Virus record (IMG/VR): IMGVR_UViG_3300035158_000384 | Location: 31,754 to 95,753 of that record | Reading direction: 5' to 3' (one strand) | DNA from: a virus | DNA: 64,000 nucleotides | Part shown: piece after piece, positions 16,780 through 27,028 of the stretch | Numbering within the stretch: position 1 is the first letter of the stretch | How the letters are laid out: each line of letters opens with the position of its first letter | Notes under the pieces: model-generated | The model's database searches: none | What the model saw: the letters and a program-made list of their open reading frames with translations, nothing else | Told to the model about the DNA's origin: nothing | Program-made: the position numbers and the translations under genes

Positions 16780-17917
16780 CTAGTGCCTCCTTCATACCCT
16801 CACCCATCGCCAATACTGCTTTTTCAACGGTGTAAGAGCGGCTTTTCGATCTAGCCCTGTTCCTGTACTTCTTGGCCGAAGCCTTCGTTTGTAGTTGTTT
16901 CTGCACTTTTCGAAGCACTCGGGTCAAATCCTTCGGGTCTTCAAAACGACAGGTTTCAGTTGCTGCATTCGCACCTTTTCTCGCAATGACTGGACAGCCG
17001 CACGACGTAGCTTCCAGAACCGTTCGGTTATCCTCTGCCGCGGGTGTAACCAATACGTCGGCGGCTCTATGCACCTGTTCGATTTCTGTATGTACTGTGT
17101 GCAAGTCACCGACCACCGATTTTAGACCATCGGTGACAGCATACAAAATCGAATGCCACGGGTGCCCAGTCAATTGTATTACAGGCGTCATAGACTCCAT
17201 ACCATCCACAAGCTCTTTCGGAATTGCAAACAGGTGAATTTTTGAGCCAGTTTGCAAGCAAAACTCACGGGCTCCGTGTAGTAGCTGGAAAGGGTCTTTG
17301 AACGCCGTATAACGCCAATGATCCGCAAAAACAATGTTCAACCCGTCTTCCTCTGCGGGCTTTTGGAACTCATACACCGGCCCGTCAGGACTGAATCGCT
17401 CCTGATCGCAGAAGTGGTTAGTTACGATTACATTGTCAAAGTACGGTTCCCAAAACGGGGCGTGGCGCTCCCACATTGTAATTGCGCCCTTGACCCACGG
17501 TTTGTCCCTCAATGTTATGGTCACGAGCGACCACGAGCCTGTGAAGGGGCCTTTTTTGGCTCTTTCAACCCTCCCGACATCGCTCGAAACACATTCAAGC
17601 ATCATCTGCGAGTAGAAGCAGTATTCAGGTGTGCCATGCGCCACGAAGAAGGTTGGTTTCTTCCCTTCAAACTCACGAGGTATCCCTGAATGTAGTACAT
17701 GCACGTCGGCCTTCAAAGCGAAGTCCAGAGGTGCAAGCGGGGTTCCACGATCATCCGGCTTGTCTGTACGTTTGCCGCCTTTGGTCGTAACGTGGGTTAC
17801 GTCGATCATGCGAGCATCCCAACCAAGAAAATCACGCTGGCCTTGGGTTATTTCGCGAGTGGTCTCGTACAAGCCTGAACGCATCGGCGCGTATTGTACA
17901 AAGTGAGCAACCTTCAT
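16772..17917 (-). CDS. GT-B (GT4-like) glycosyltransferase
   Basis: MKVAHF..SG...; C-terminal ADVLVTP...VLEATSCGCPVI nucleotide-sugar motif. Confidence 0.75.
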   Translation of the reverse strand: MKVAHFVQYAPMRSGLYETTREITQGQRDFLGWDARMIDVTHVTTKGGKRTDKPDDRGTPLAPLDFALKADVHVLHSGIPREFEGKKPTFFVAHGTPEYCFYSQMMLECVSSDVGRVERAKKGPFTGSWSLVTITLRDKPWVKGAITMWERHAPFWEPYFDNVIVTNHFCDQERFSPDGPVYEFQKPAEEDGLNIVFADHWRYTAFKDPFQLLHGAREFCLQTGSKIHLFAIPKELVDGMESMTPVIQLTGHPWHSILYAVTDGLKSVVGDLHTVHTEIEQVHRAADVLVTPAAEDNRTVLEATSCGCPVIARKGANAATETCRFEDPKDLTRVLRKVQKQLQTKASAKKYRNRARSKSRSYTVEKAVLAMGEGMKEALDG

Positions 17918-17949
17918 GCTTCTACTCTCCTGTGGTCGTTTGACCTTTG

Positions 17950-17985
17950 AAAGAAGAGGGCGGCGGCTCGAAAACCACCGCCCTC
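17950..17985 (-). terminator. hairpin terminator
   Basis: GAGGGCGG/CCGCCCTC stem then TTCTTT. Confidence 0.55.
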
Positions 17986-18007
17986 AATATAAACGCTGTT
18001 GGAGGTA

Positions 18008-20002
18008 CTAGATGGAGTACGTTACGCTGATCGTGGAACCGAGAAGGCCGTTGACTGTCAGCGTGTCAGCACCGTTGTCCACCTTACCCACAAGCATGAT
18101 GGTGAACGGTAGCTCGTCCATCGCTGTGGAATGGAGGAAGTTGCCGGAACGATACTCGGATTTCTCCGCGGTCGTTTCAGCGCGTTCAGTTCCGGGGATG
18201 TCCACAGCACCTGTTAGGGTTGGTGTGTCTCCTGCAACAACCATGAGCTTCGTGTCGCCGTCGTTGGCATCCATCGACGCAGCCCACCCGATGTCGAGGT
18301 AGCAAGCCTCGACGGTCTTGGTTCCGGTTGCGGGCGCGTCAATAGTGACACTATCGAGGATAGCGTAGGACGTGGACTGTGTGGTGTTTGTCCCCGCTTT
18401 CTCGTAGTCGATGCCACCGTCTGCGAGACTGACATTCACGGTTTCGTTGTTGTTCCAGACGTACTCGGTGAATTCACCCTTCTGTACGCCGGAAGCCGCG
18501 GACATGTCGTCCACTTTGGAATCGACGGTTGAAACCTGATCTCCAACAGAGTCAACCTTGGAATCGACGGTTGAAACTTCGCCGTCCACAACGTCGATCT
18601 TGGAATCCACGGTAGACACGTCGGTTTCGACGTCGCCAACAACCGTTCCAACAGAGTCAACCTTGGAATCGACGGTTGAAACCTCGTTGTCAATGACGGT
18701 GACTTTGGAATCGACGGTTGAAACCTGATCTCCAACAGAGTCAACCTTGGAATCGACGGTGGAAACTTCGTCGTCAATAACGGTGACTTTGGAATCGACC
18801 GTTGAAACTGCGGCTGACGAAGCAACGTCTGTCGGGATGAGAGCCCCAACGGAATCCACTTTGGAGTCCACTACGGAAAGTTCGTCGTCAATGACCGTAA
18901 CTTTGGAATCGACGGTGGAAACGTCTGTTTCAACATCACCAACCAACGTACCAACAGAACCAGTCTGAGTTCCGACGGAATCCACACGAGAATTGAGGTC
19001 CGGGTTGTCGTCGTAGACGGTGAAGTACCGGGCCTGATAAATCGTGTTGGTTTCTTCATCGTAATCGCAAACGATGCGATAGTTGCCCAAGTCCGCGGTG
19101 GTGATGAGATCGACGTCCGTGTAGTAACGCCCAACACCGTCCCGCGTCATAAGTGTGCGGGCAATAAGGTCTGATCCGTCGGGTTCCACAACCTGAATGT
19201 AAGCCTCGTTCGAATCAGGGTCTTCCATCGCGCCGTCTGCACCGTAGATGTACAGCCACGCACGGATTGTGAGCGTACTGACTTCATCCCGCACAACGTC
19301 GGACGGAAAGAGAATCTTGGCGGAGACGTTGTTGTCGAGGGCGTCAATAGCGGTCGAAATGTTATCGACCTTGCCGTCGATTGTCGTTGCCTGCCCGCCG
19401 ACGGAATCAACTTTGGTGTCAACAACTACAACACGCGAATCGACGGTTGAAACAGCAGCAGAAGAAGCGGTATCGGACGGAATTTGCGCCCCGACCGAAT
19501 CCACCTTGGAATCAATCGTTGAAGACTGCGTTCCAACGGAGTCAACCTTGGAATCGACGGTTGAAACTTCGTCGTCGACAATTGTAACCTTGGAATCCAC
19601 GGTAGATACAGCGCTTGACGACGCAATATCTCCCGGAATTTGATCACCGACAGAATCGACCTTGGAGTCGATTGCAGATACCTCGTCGTCAACTACCGTA
19701 ACCTTGGAGTCAACGGTGGAAACTGCACTCGAAGAAGCGATGTCTGCGGGTATTTGTGACCCCACGGAATCGACCTTGGAGTCAATCGTTGAGGACTGAT
19801 CCCCAACGGAATCGACCTTGGAGTCAACAACAACCACACGGGAATCCGTAGTGGACGTTGCTGTCTCCACGGTTGTTACTTGTGTGCCGACAGAATCAAC
19901 CGCGGTGTCCATAACAACAACACGCGAATCAACGGTTGAAGTCTGTACGCCGACAGAATCGACCTTTGACGACACCCTGCGACTAGATGCCTGAAAACCC
20001 AT
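18008..20002 (-). CDS. Val/Ser/Asp heptad-repeat coiled-coil fibre protein
   Basis: Dozens of VSTVDSK/VDSVGDQ/VTVIDDE heptads flanking a central beta domain, plus a C-terminal globular domain. Confidence 0.75.
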   Translation of the reverse strand: MGFQASSRRVSSKVDSVGVQTSTVDSRVVVMDTAVDSVGTQVTTVETATSTTDSRVVVVDSKVDSVGDQSSTIDSKVDSVGSQIPADIASSSAVSTVDSKVTVVDDEVSAIDSKVDSVGDQIPGDIASSSAVSTVDSKVTIVDDEVSTVDSKVDSVGTQSSTIDSKVDSVGAQIPSDTASSAAVSTVDSRVVVVDTKVDSVGGQATTIDGKVDNISTAIDALDNNVSAKILFPSDVVRDEVSTLTIRAWLYIYGADGAMEDPDSNEAYIQVVEPDGSDLIARTLMTRDGVGRYYTDVDLITTADLGNYRIVCDYDEETNTIYQARYFTVYDDNPDLNSRVDSVGTQTGSVGTLVGDVETDVSTVDSKVTVIDDELSVVDSKVDSVGALIPTDVASSAAVSTVDSKVTVIDDEVSTVDSKVDSVGDQVSTVDSKVTVIDNEVSTVDSKVDSVGTVVGDVETDVSTVDSKIDVVDGEVSTVDSKVDSVGDQVSTVDSKVDDMSAASGVQKGEFTEYVWNNNETVNVSLADGGIDYEKAGTNTTQSTSYAILDSVTIDAPATGTKTVEACYLDIGWAASMDANDGDTKLMVVAGDTPTLTGAVDIPGTERAETTAEKSEYRSGNFLHSTAMDELPFTIMLVGKVDNGADTLTVNGLLGSTISVTYSI

Positions 20003-20019
20003 TGTTTCCTCCTAGATGT

Positions 20020-20733
20020 TTAGAGTGGCAGTATGACGATGTTTTTCAGGCCGAATTCGCCGCCGTGCGTGTCTGCCGCGTTGTCGCCGTCACGAGTCAG
20101 CCTTGCTTCAATTTCAACAGTATCGCCTGTGATTACCCCGCTTGGAATAGTAAGGGCTGTTAATACACCCAAGTTGTCCATGACATTAAGAGGGGTTACA
20201 GTCTGTGTGTTGGTGTAGTCTGTACCACCATCGTATGCTTCCCCGCTGTCATGGACGGTGTAATCCAACGTCAGAACAACGTCGGCGCTCTCGGATGTAC
20301 TCATTGCGTAAATAAGCCACAACTGAACCCCGTCTTCGTAGTCATCGAAGGGAGGTTTCAGGTTGAACACAATATCTTGGTCAACGCCCGGTTCAAACGC
20401 GGCGGACTCCTCGATGTCAAACTTGTCGATTTGTACGACCAAGGGGGAAACTGTACCGGGGTAAAAGTCAATTGAATGTCCAATTTGAACATCTGCCCCG
20501 ACTACGGTGATGTTCCCCAATGCGTCGTAAGTGAAGATCGTTCTCCAACCGCCACTTAAATAGCGCTTGAATGCTTGGTTGGAGGTGTCAAGCCATGATT
20601 GGCCCTCCTGCGGGCTCGCAGGTGCTGTAGGTCCAGAATGCGCAGTATTCAACGCGGTTAGTTGCGTCCTTATTTCGGACGAATCCAGAGGTGAGCGATA
20701 CCCCGGAACATTCGGGTCGAATCCTTGGCTCAT
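20020..20733 (-). CDS. tail fibre-associated protein
   Basis: HSGPTAPASPQEGQSWLDTS..KRY..GGW fibre motif plus C-terminal beta sandwich. Confidence 0.65.
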   Translation of the reverse strand: MSQGFDPNVPGYRSPLDSSEIRTQLTALNTAHSGPTAPASPQEGQSWLDTSNQAFKRYLSGGWRTIFTYDALGNITVVGADVQIGHSIDFYPGTVSPLVVQIDKFDIEESAAFEPGVDQDIVFNLKPPFDDYEDGVQLWLIYAMSTSESADVVLTLDYTVHDSGEAYDGGTDYTNTQTVTPLNVMDNLGVLTALTIPSGVITGDTVEIEARLTRDGDNAADTHGGEFGLKNIVILPL

Positions 20734-20766
20734 GGTTCCACTCCTTTTTTGCGTAGGTTCTTTCCC

Positions 20767-20794
20767 ATTCTAGCACAGAGGGGCACCACGTCAA
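20767..20794 (-). promoter_or_regulatory. internal sigma70-type promoter TTGACG-16-TAGAAT
   Basis: TG-extended -10 in the intergenic gap. Confidence 0.45.
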
Positions 20795-21813
20795 CGAGCA
20801 ATCGTTTGGGTTTCAATCAGATTCCCAAGACTGTCGTATTTGTTGATAATCAACGGGTCGGAACCGGCATACTGACATGTGTTGTTCATAAAGTAGCCAC
20901 CCCAATTGTCCAAGTGAACCAAGCCTCCGCTGTCCGGGATAATTTCCCCCAACTGCCAACGCGAGAAATCATAGGGGTCTATCGCCGCACCTGCACCGGG
21001 AGGGTCGGGGTAAAAACGCCGCTGCCAACCGAAGCAGCAACCTATGGCCCAACTTTCCAAATCGACGGTGGGGTTTTCACCGTAAAACAGCGTTAAGCAC
21101 TCTGGCTTGCGCGGTTTACGTCTAAACTTGTCGTACAAGCGCATCGTCCCGAAGATTTGCAAGACGTCGGTAGTCTCGGGGAAGCTGTCAAAAAACTTGA
21201 CGATATAGATGAAGTCTCGCAACAGGACGTGAATAGGGCGAACTTCTTCCATACGGGCCACGACCCAATCGAGCACACTCGCAAAATACGCGGGTGGTAC
21301 CGCGTTCTGGTCAATCGCAGTCACTTCCACGTCAATTCGACTGTGCGGATACCACTCGGCAGGCACGTCAACCCAAGGAATGTAGTCTGGAGGGAGGGGA
21401 ATTTCCGAAGCGCGTTTCACTTCATCGGTGTTTTCATTCCACCAAAGTTCATAAACCTCTACGTCGTACCCCAGCGCTTGAAACAAAATCTCGAACGAGG
21501 ACATCTTGCCTTTTTCCTTGTATTTCAAAATCGCACTCTTGATCTGCATACGCCAAGACGCCTCCGTGTCACCTTGACGTAGTGGTGCTCCGACCTGATA
21601 TGCGAGGTAAGGCAAGAAACGCTTCGGGCACTTGTCAGGGTCAAACAGGTCCAGAAGCCCCGCTTCCAAATCGTCTTCCACACGCCGCTCTTCGTCCAAC
21701 AAGGACAACAGATATTGCAAAACAGCATCCGGGTCAAGCACAAACAAAGCCTGTGGAAAGTTACGCAACATGAAGTCTGCGTCTGCCCCGAATATGCTGT
21801 CTGCGTCACTCAT
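20791..21813 (-). CDS. baseplate wedge / P2 gpI-like tail protein
   Basis: DPDKCP..FLPYLA...KEKG...EVRPIHV; start reassigned to MSDADS after the upstream stop. Confidence 0.75.
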   Translation of the reverse strand: MSDADSIFGADADFMLRNFPQALFVLDPDAVLQYLLSLLDEERRVEDDLEAGLLDLFDPDKCPKRFLPYLAYQVGAPLRQGDTEASWRMQIKSAILKYKEKGKMSSFEILFQALGYDVEVYELWWNENTDEVKRASEIPLPPDYIPWVDVPAEWYPHSRIDVEVTAIDQNAVPPAYFASVLDWVVARMEEVRPIHVLLRDFIYIVKFFDSFPETTDVLQIFGTMRLYDKFRRKPRKPECLTLFYGENPTVDLESWAIGCCFGWQRRFYPDPPGAGAAIDPYDFSRWQLGEIIPDSGGLVHLDNWGGYFMNNTCQYAGSDPLIINKYDSLGNLIETQTIAR

Positions 21814-21833
21814 TCTTGACACCGTGTCAAAGA

Positions 21834-23909
21834 TTAGGTAGCGTACTGCAAAGTCATCGTTATTGTGCCGGGGACGAGCAACCACTCGTTGCCCGCAGGT
21901 ACTACATCAGCCGCCGGAGCAACCAGCGTGAAGTGCAGTACACCCGCCACATCGCTGATCGTGTCGTAAAACCGGGAGATTCTGAAAGCGTCCCCCGGCT
22001 GGAAATCCGCCGCGGAGAAGAAGTCTGCAACGGCATTCTCAATGTTGTCCTCAACTTCGGCCAAGTCATACTGATCGTCTACCGTGACGGTTCCGAGGTC
22101 GATGTTGACGGTTTGCATCTTACCATCGAGAACATATGCCTGTGTGCAAATTACACGGCGTTCGTGCAAATACCGATACAATGCCACTTTCAACCCTTCA
22201 GACGGCACCGTGAACGTGTTCCCTGTCTGTGTCCAGATGTAAATGTCAACACGATTGATGTTTGGGTCGGTTGGGGGCGTCGCTCCACCATTCGAGTTAT
22301 GCAATTCTACATAGGCACGCGCAACAGCACCATAATCCGGGTCTTCAAACTGCTCCGAGAGAGTCGTGTAGTCCTCTGCGGTTATTGCCTTATCCACCGT
22401 GCGCGTCCACGCGGGGATATTTACCCGAAGCTCTGCCAATGTCTCTTCGTCTGCTCCCCCCGAGGAAGGGAAGTAGTTGGTGAACACAATCTTCGCACCG
22501 TCGGCCCCAAAATACCCTTGTACCTGCGTACCGTCTGCGGCCCCCGTCAACACTTCTCCACCGGCTCCGCCACCTGTACGATAATCGACGGAAATCAATT
22601 TGCCGGATGCGGGTATCTTACCTGTGTTCCCGTCACCGAAAGTGATCACCAAATTCCCGTCCGCTGTCAATGTTGCTTCGTAGACTTCTGTTGCTGCCGC
22701 CAATAGCACGGAATCCACTTCCGTCCACTCGATGCTCCCCACTTTGACAGTCCACGAATCTTCCAACACATCACCCTGTGTAGTCGTGAAGCTTTGGAAA
22801 GCCGATCCGTCCGAATTGAAACTGTCAAACTGTGCCTGACTGTTTGACACGCTGATTTCCACATTGGTTCCGCCCGACATACCTGTAACGACGATGTCGG
22901 AACCCTCTTTTTCCAGCGGTTGGTTTCCCAACGGCATTTGGTAGTCGTGGTACAGCGTCGCTGTGTCTGTTGTGGCGGTGCTTGTGATCGCGAGAACCGA
23001 GCCGTCAATCGCCGCGTCAAGGTTCGTATTTGTTGCGAGAACGTCCGCTCCTATCGTTACAGCCGTATTCGCGGGGTCAACCGAGGCGTTGTCATCAAAT
23101 TCAAACGTCACGCTTTGTGTGGCGTCTGACAGGGTTATTGTGTCGCCGTCCGTGGGCTGGGTTTTGAGCAACAGGATTTTATCAGGGTCGTCGTCGTAGA
23201 TGGAGAGGGCAGAACAGTCCTTCGACGCAGTTATTGTCGCACCAACCAAACGACACGCGGCACCCGCCACCATTTGAATTGTGGCGTTACTATTGAACGC
23301 GGTTATGAAATTGACGATTGTCTCCGGGATTGTCGCCCCAATGGTTACAGGAACGTAATCGTTTCCGTAAGTGCCATTGTTGTCAAACTCAAAGGTCACT
23401 AGGTTGAAGCCGTCGTAAGCAATAACTTTGTCGGCATCATCCGGTATTCCTATGAGTTGCACCGATCCGGTCGGGTATGCCGCAGACGTACCAGCGAGAA
23501 AGGTGTAGTCATCGACAAGCTGAAACGTGAGGTCATCTATCTTGACATCCGTGCCGGAAGCAAAGGACAAATTCTGAGACGTCAATTGCGCTGGGAGAGT
23601 CACAGCGGTCAACGTGAGTGACGATGCGGTTTTTCTTCGCGGGCTGTATGCGTTTGTTGAGGCGTGCTTCAACCCGGATGCGTACTCTTGACATGTAGCA
23701 AGGAACATCTCTTGTTGTGTGTAGTTGTCCATGTACGCTTGCAACGCACCGTTGGCGGCAATCATACGCATGATCTTCATGCCGATGTTCGACTCGAAGA
23801 AGTCCGTCCATAGCTCGGGACGATCCCCGGAGCGAACAAGCTCCTTCAACCACGCCATGATTGAGCTTATATCCCTCGCCGTATATTGAATGTCTGGCAG
23901 AGACGACAT
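21834..23909 (-). CDS. baseplate J/gp6-like wedge protein with two inserted domains
   Basis: YTARD..., TFGDGNTGKIP, YRTGGG..G, SGGADEET, AITAEDY motifs. Confidence 0.85.
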   Translation of the reverse strand: MSSLPDIQYTARDISSIMAWLKELVRSGDRPELWTDFFESNIGMKIMRMIAANGALQAYMDNYTQQEMFLATCQEYASGLKHASTNAYSPRRKTASSLTLTAVTLPAQLTSQNLSFASGTDVKIDDLTFQLVDDYTFLAGTSAAYPTGSVQLIGIPDDADKVIAYDGFNLVTFEFDNNGTYGNDYVPVTIGATIPETIVNFITAFNSNATIQMVAGAACRLVGATITASKDCSALSIYDDDPDKILLLKTQPTDGDTITLSDATQSVTFEFDDNASVDPANTAVTIGADVLATNTNLDAAIDGSVLAITSTATTDTATLYHDYQMPLGNQPLEKEGSDIVVTGMSGGTNVEISVSNSQAQFDSFNSDGSAFQSFTTTQGDVLEDSWTVKVGSIEWTEVDSVLLAAATEVYEATLTADGNLVITFGDGNTGKIPASGKLISVDYRTGGGAGGEVLTGAADGTQVQGYFGADGAKIVFTNYFPSSGGADEETLAELRVNIPAWTRTVDKAITAEDYTTLSEQFEDPDYGAVARAYVELHNSNGGATPPTDPNINRVDIYIWTQTGNTFTVPSEGLKVALYRYLHERRVICTQAYVLDGKMQTVNIDLGTVTVDDQYDLAEVEDNIENAVADFFSAADFQPGDAFRISRFYDTISDVAGVLHFTLVAPAADVVPAGNEWLLVPGTITMTLQYAT

Positions 23910-24310
23910 TACGCCTCCTCGCGTTGAACCGTAAGTTCAGTAGTATCCGTGTCTTGCAGGGGAATGATCGTGTAGGTAATCTCTATTTTGAGTTCATGGT
24001 CATCCGCAGTTATATCGCACCCTATGATGGAAATTCGGGGCTCCCAACGCTCGAGTGCTTCAACTGTGTAGATGCGTCCTTGTGCTTGCAGAATGTCGTC
24101 GTTCGGCTCAAACGCCAGCAAATGTAGGTTTGAGCCAAATTCCGGGTTGAAAAACTCCGAGCCAATCGGCGTCATGAGCACGACGTGAATGCTTGATCTA
24201 ATCAGCTTTCGGAGTGTTCTTGACGTAAAATAACCGTCCGCCCCTTTGAACATCGGGAGCGTTGGACCACGCCAATCCGTAGGTGTGTCATGTACTGTGT
24301 TCTGTGCCAT
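23909..24310 (-). CDS. gp25/GPW-like baseplate protein
   Basis: SI..VL.TPIG....PEFGS.L....FEP....ALERWEPRI. Confidence 0.9.
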   Translation of the reverse strand: MAQNTVHDTPTDWRGPTLPMFKGADGYFTSRTLRKLIRSSIHVVLMTPIGSEFFNPEFGSNLHLLAFEPNDDILQAQGRIYTVEALERWEPRISIIGCDITADDHELKIEITYTIIPLQDTDTTELTVQREEA

Positions 24311-24344
24311 GCTCTAATTGTACGTTGAACCCTGTAACTGTCAA

Positions 24345-24536
24345 CTACGTGTGGCCGGGGCTTGGGGGGTTTCCGGCTGTATCCTGCAACAACTGCATGT
24401 TTTTGTACACCGCTGTCGCGATAGCCATGATGAAAGCATCCATACTGCCCCCGGTAGGAGGTGTTACGAGTACAAAACCTGCGTCCAGAAGTTCCTGCTT
24501 GATGTCCGCGTAAATCTGAGCCGCCGAAGTAGCCAT
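24345..24536 (-). CDS. small baseplate-region protein
   Basis: 63-aa ORF with GAGG RBS, between the spike and gp25. Confidence 0.6.
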   Translation of the reverse strand: MATSAAQIYADIKQELLDAGFVLVTPPTGGSMDAFIMAIATAVYKNMQLLQDTAGNPPSPGHT

Positions 24537-24546
24537 TTTTACACCT

Positions 24547-25446
24547 CTATGTCTTCGTTGCTTTCACGTTTGTACTGCCATCGTAATGCGGCAGACCTGT
24601 AAACGGGCAAATCGTGCCATTTGGACCAGCCACAACCACACCACCAGTCGGCGAAGTTCCGCCGTTGCCTTTCAACTCTATCATCGTGGCACTCTCAATT
24701 TCCACGTCGCTCCCCTCGACCTTGACTGACCCACCGTTCACGAGTACCTGCACCGCGCCGTTTATCTCTACGTTACCAAGCGCTTCAACACTCACGGTGC
24801 CTGTTTCTTCATCCAATTGCACAAGATTGCCTGTGGAGTCCTTTATCTCGATACCTCGCGGTTGCCCTTTTCCTGTGGCTTGCGGCGATTCACGAAGCCA
24901 GATTTTTTGACCCCCCGCGGTCCGTAGTACGATCTCCAAATCCAGCGTTTCATCGCTGATCTCAATTACATGCCCGTGGGCAGTCTTGTTCACCTGCCGT
25001 CGCGGATACCCCGTCAAGTAAGGTTTGGGCGTCTCAAGGTTGTTGTCGTTTTTGTCGTGCTGTTGCCACGCCTCTGCGGGTGTTTCCGGCTGTGTGTACT
25101 TCGTTGGTAGCGACATACCCCACCACGAACCAATGTAAACGATGTCGCGTTTCCGTCCGCCCACGAAGAGCACAAAAACGGTGTCACCGATGTTGTACGG
25201 GACGTTGAATTGCCCGTAACCGTCACCTGCTCCGGGAGGTGCATTTGGTGTGGCCCAAGGTAGTGTCATTGTGGGCACTTTATTGGGATCGGGATCGTGA
25301 ACCCCTTGAACCCTCGCCTTGATCCGCCCTCTGTATTCAGGGTCTTCCACACTCTCCACCGTACCGCGGTAAAGACCATAGAAGTATCGCCTCCCCAAGA
25401 ATTCTTCTGGACGCCGTATGTAATTGATAGGGTCCAAAACGCCCAT
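24547..25446 (-). CDS. baseplate central spike (gp5/gpV OB-fold)
   Basis: YRGTVE..DPE.RGRIKARV...LPWA.P...GD.VFVLF; C-terminal CPFTGLPH. Confidence 0.85.
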   Translation of the reverse strand: MGVLDPINYIRRPEEFLGRRYFYGLYRGTVESVEDPEYRGRIKARVQGVHDPDPNKVPTMTLPWATPNAPPGAGDGYGQFNVPYNIGDTVFVLFVGGRKRDIVYIGSWWGMSLPTKYTQPETPAEAWQQHDKNDNNLETPKPYLTGYPRRQVNKTAHGHVIEISDETLDLEIVLRTAGGQKIWLRESPQATGKGQPRGIEIKDSTGNLVQLDEETGTVSVEALGNVEINGAVQVLVNGGSVKVEGSDVEIESATMIELKGNGGTSPTGGVVVAGPNGTICPFTGLPHYDGSTNVKATKT

Positions 25447-26696
25447 TATTCGACCTCCCGCACTACGAAGTCTTTCGCCAAGTCATCTGCGTACTTGGTT
25501 ATGTCCTCGGGGTTTTTGATCTCCAGCTTCCGCCCTAGCACATTTATAATTCCAGCACCGCTCGTATCACGAACCAAACGCAATTCGGACTCGAAAGACC
25601 CTGCGGAAATCAAGTGCTGTATACCTTTCACTAAGTAGCGCCCCGACCACCTATCGTGAATCGTCCCATCGGACTTCACAACATTTACAACTACAATATC
25701 CAAAGGCCGGACAAAAGGGTCTCCCACGACTGTCAACGTCGCTGAAAAGCTCGCGATGTTGAACGTGGCCCACCGCCACCGCAAATACGCTTCAAACTCT
25801 TCTTTAGATTTGAAAGGCATGTTTATGACTTTTGTTATGCGAGCATCTGGATAGACCGGTGAGTACTCGCCGGGGCCTATAACCTCACTCTGTGATGTTG
25901 TTCTGTGCTCTTCCTCGCTCACTCTGCGTTTACTCCGTGGGTCCACAAACTCAAAACGCGCATCCTCACCCGCCAACCACGAAATAGCTACAGAGTTGGT
26001 TTCTGGCGCGAACGAAATAACATCCCCCTCCAAATCACGACCGAATGTATACACCCGGTAAGCCTCGCGAACACCCCCAACTGGATCGTTGTTGTACTGC
26101 GGTCGATGGAAATGCAATTCACGGTTGCGTAGAAGGTATGTTTGGAAGCCTCCGTTCCCCTCCAAGTTAAAAGAAAGCTCCAATAGAGTTTCCTTTATGA
26201 ATTGCAAATCAGGCATATTGTCCTGTGTCAATGGCTCTGTCAACGGCCTTGTTGGTTCTCCCACGAAAGCCCAACCGTTTTCTAAGGCAATCTGCCGCAC
26301 GATGTCTGTAGGTGTAGGAGTAACTGTGGGCGACCACCCCCGAGACTTTGGATTGAGCATTGTTCGCCCGCCAGCATCCAACAAGGGTATATCCAACTCC
26401 ACACCTTTATGCTCAAACGTAGGGGTATATTGCCCAATGAGCAATGTAATCTGCTCACTCAACTTCCCCGCAAACCCAAAACGAAAATCCACAGGAGCAA
26501 ATTGACCGGCGCGGGCAAGGAAAGTTTCAAGGTAGTCCCAATCAGGATCATACAGTACCATACGACCCGTACTCGATCCCGCGGTGGCTTCCTCATACTC
26601 GAACTCTAAAAGATGATCAGTCACGTCCAGAGGAATCCCTGCGATAGAGAGTTGTACCGTCGCCATTCTTTCAGGGCCAAGGTCTGCCACTCTCAA
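25446..26696 (-). CDS. baseplate hub (gpD/gp27-like)
   Basis: IVRQIA...Q....DLQFI...VVGDP....SGRYLVKGIQH. Confidence 0.8.
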   Translation of the reverse strand: MRVADLGPERMATVQLSIAGIPLDVTDHLLEFEYEEATAGSSTGRMVLYDPDWDYLETFLARAGQFAPVDFRFGFAGKLSEQITLLIGQYTPTFEHKGVELDIPLLDAGGRTMLNPKSRGWSPTVTPTPTDIVRQIALENGWAFVGEPTRPLTEPLTQDNMPDLQFIKETLLELSFNLEGNGGFQTYLLRNRELHFHRPQYNNDPVGGVREAYRVYTFGRDLEGDVISFAPETNSVAISWLAGEDARFEFVDPRSKRRVSEEEHRTTSQSEVIGPGEYSPVYPDARITKVINMPFKSKEEFEAYLRWRWATFNIASFSATLTVVGDPFVRPLDIVVVNVVKSDGTIHDRWSGRYLVKGIQHLISAGSFESELRLVRDTSGAGIINVLGRKLEIKNPEDITKYADDLAKDFVVREVE

Positions 26697-27019
26697 ACTC
26701 CTGCCATGTAGTTATTAACTGTGTCTCTTGAAGGAATTATGATTGTCTTGCCCGCGGTCAAGCCTCGTAACGGATGGTGAATTTTATTGACCCATAGAAT
26801 GACCCAAAACAAATTCACGTTGCGGTAGTATTTGTACGCCAACAGGTCTGGACGTCCTTCTTCCGCTTGTGTAATCGTGTGCTGTATATCAGATGTTTTT
26901 GGGCTGTAATCAAAGGGAGGAACCCAAATACCGAAGAACAAATTCCCATCGCCGTCGGTGTGGATGGGGGTGTCCACCAACATCGCATCCCGTCTTACCC
27001 GTACTTTTTGTGTCATCAC
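26693..27019 (-). CDS. gp53/LysM-like baseplate wedge protein
   Basis: RPDLLAYKYY....FWVI...N......L.AG..I.IP. Confidence 0.8.
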   Translation of the reverse strand: MMTQKVRVRRDAMLVDTPIHTDGDGNLFFGIWVPPFDYSPKTSDIQHTITQAEEGRPDLLAYKYYRNVNLFWVILWVNKIHHPLRGLTAGKTIIIPSRDTVNNYMAGV

Positions 27020-27028
27020 TACACCCCT

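Noticed and set aside
18436-19990. Nucleotide repeats (GGAATCGACGGTTGAAAC etc.) as CRISPR or DGR repeats
   Set aside because: They are in-frame coding repeats of the heptad fibre protein with synonymous variation; no reverse transcriptase in the window
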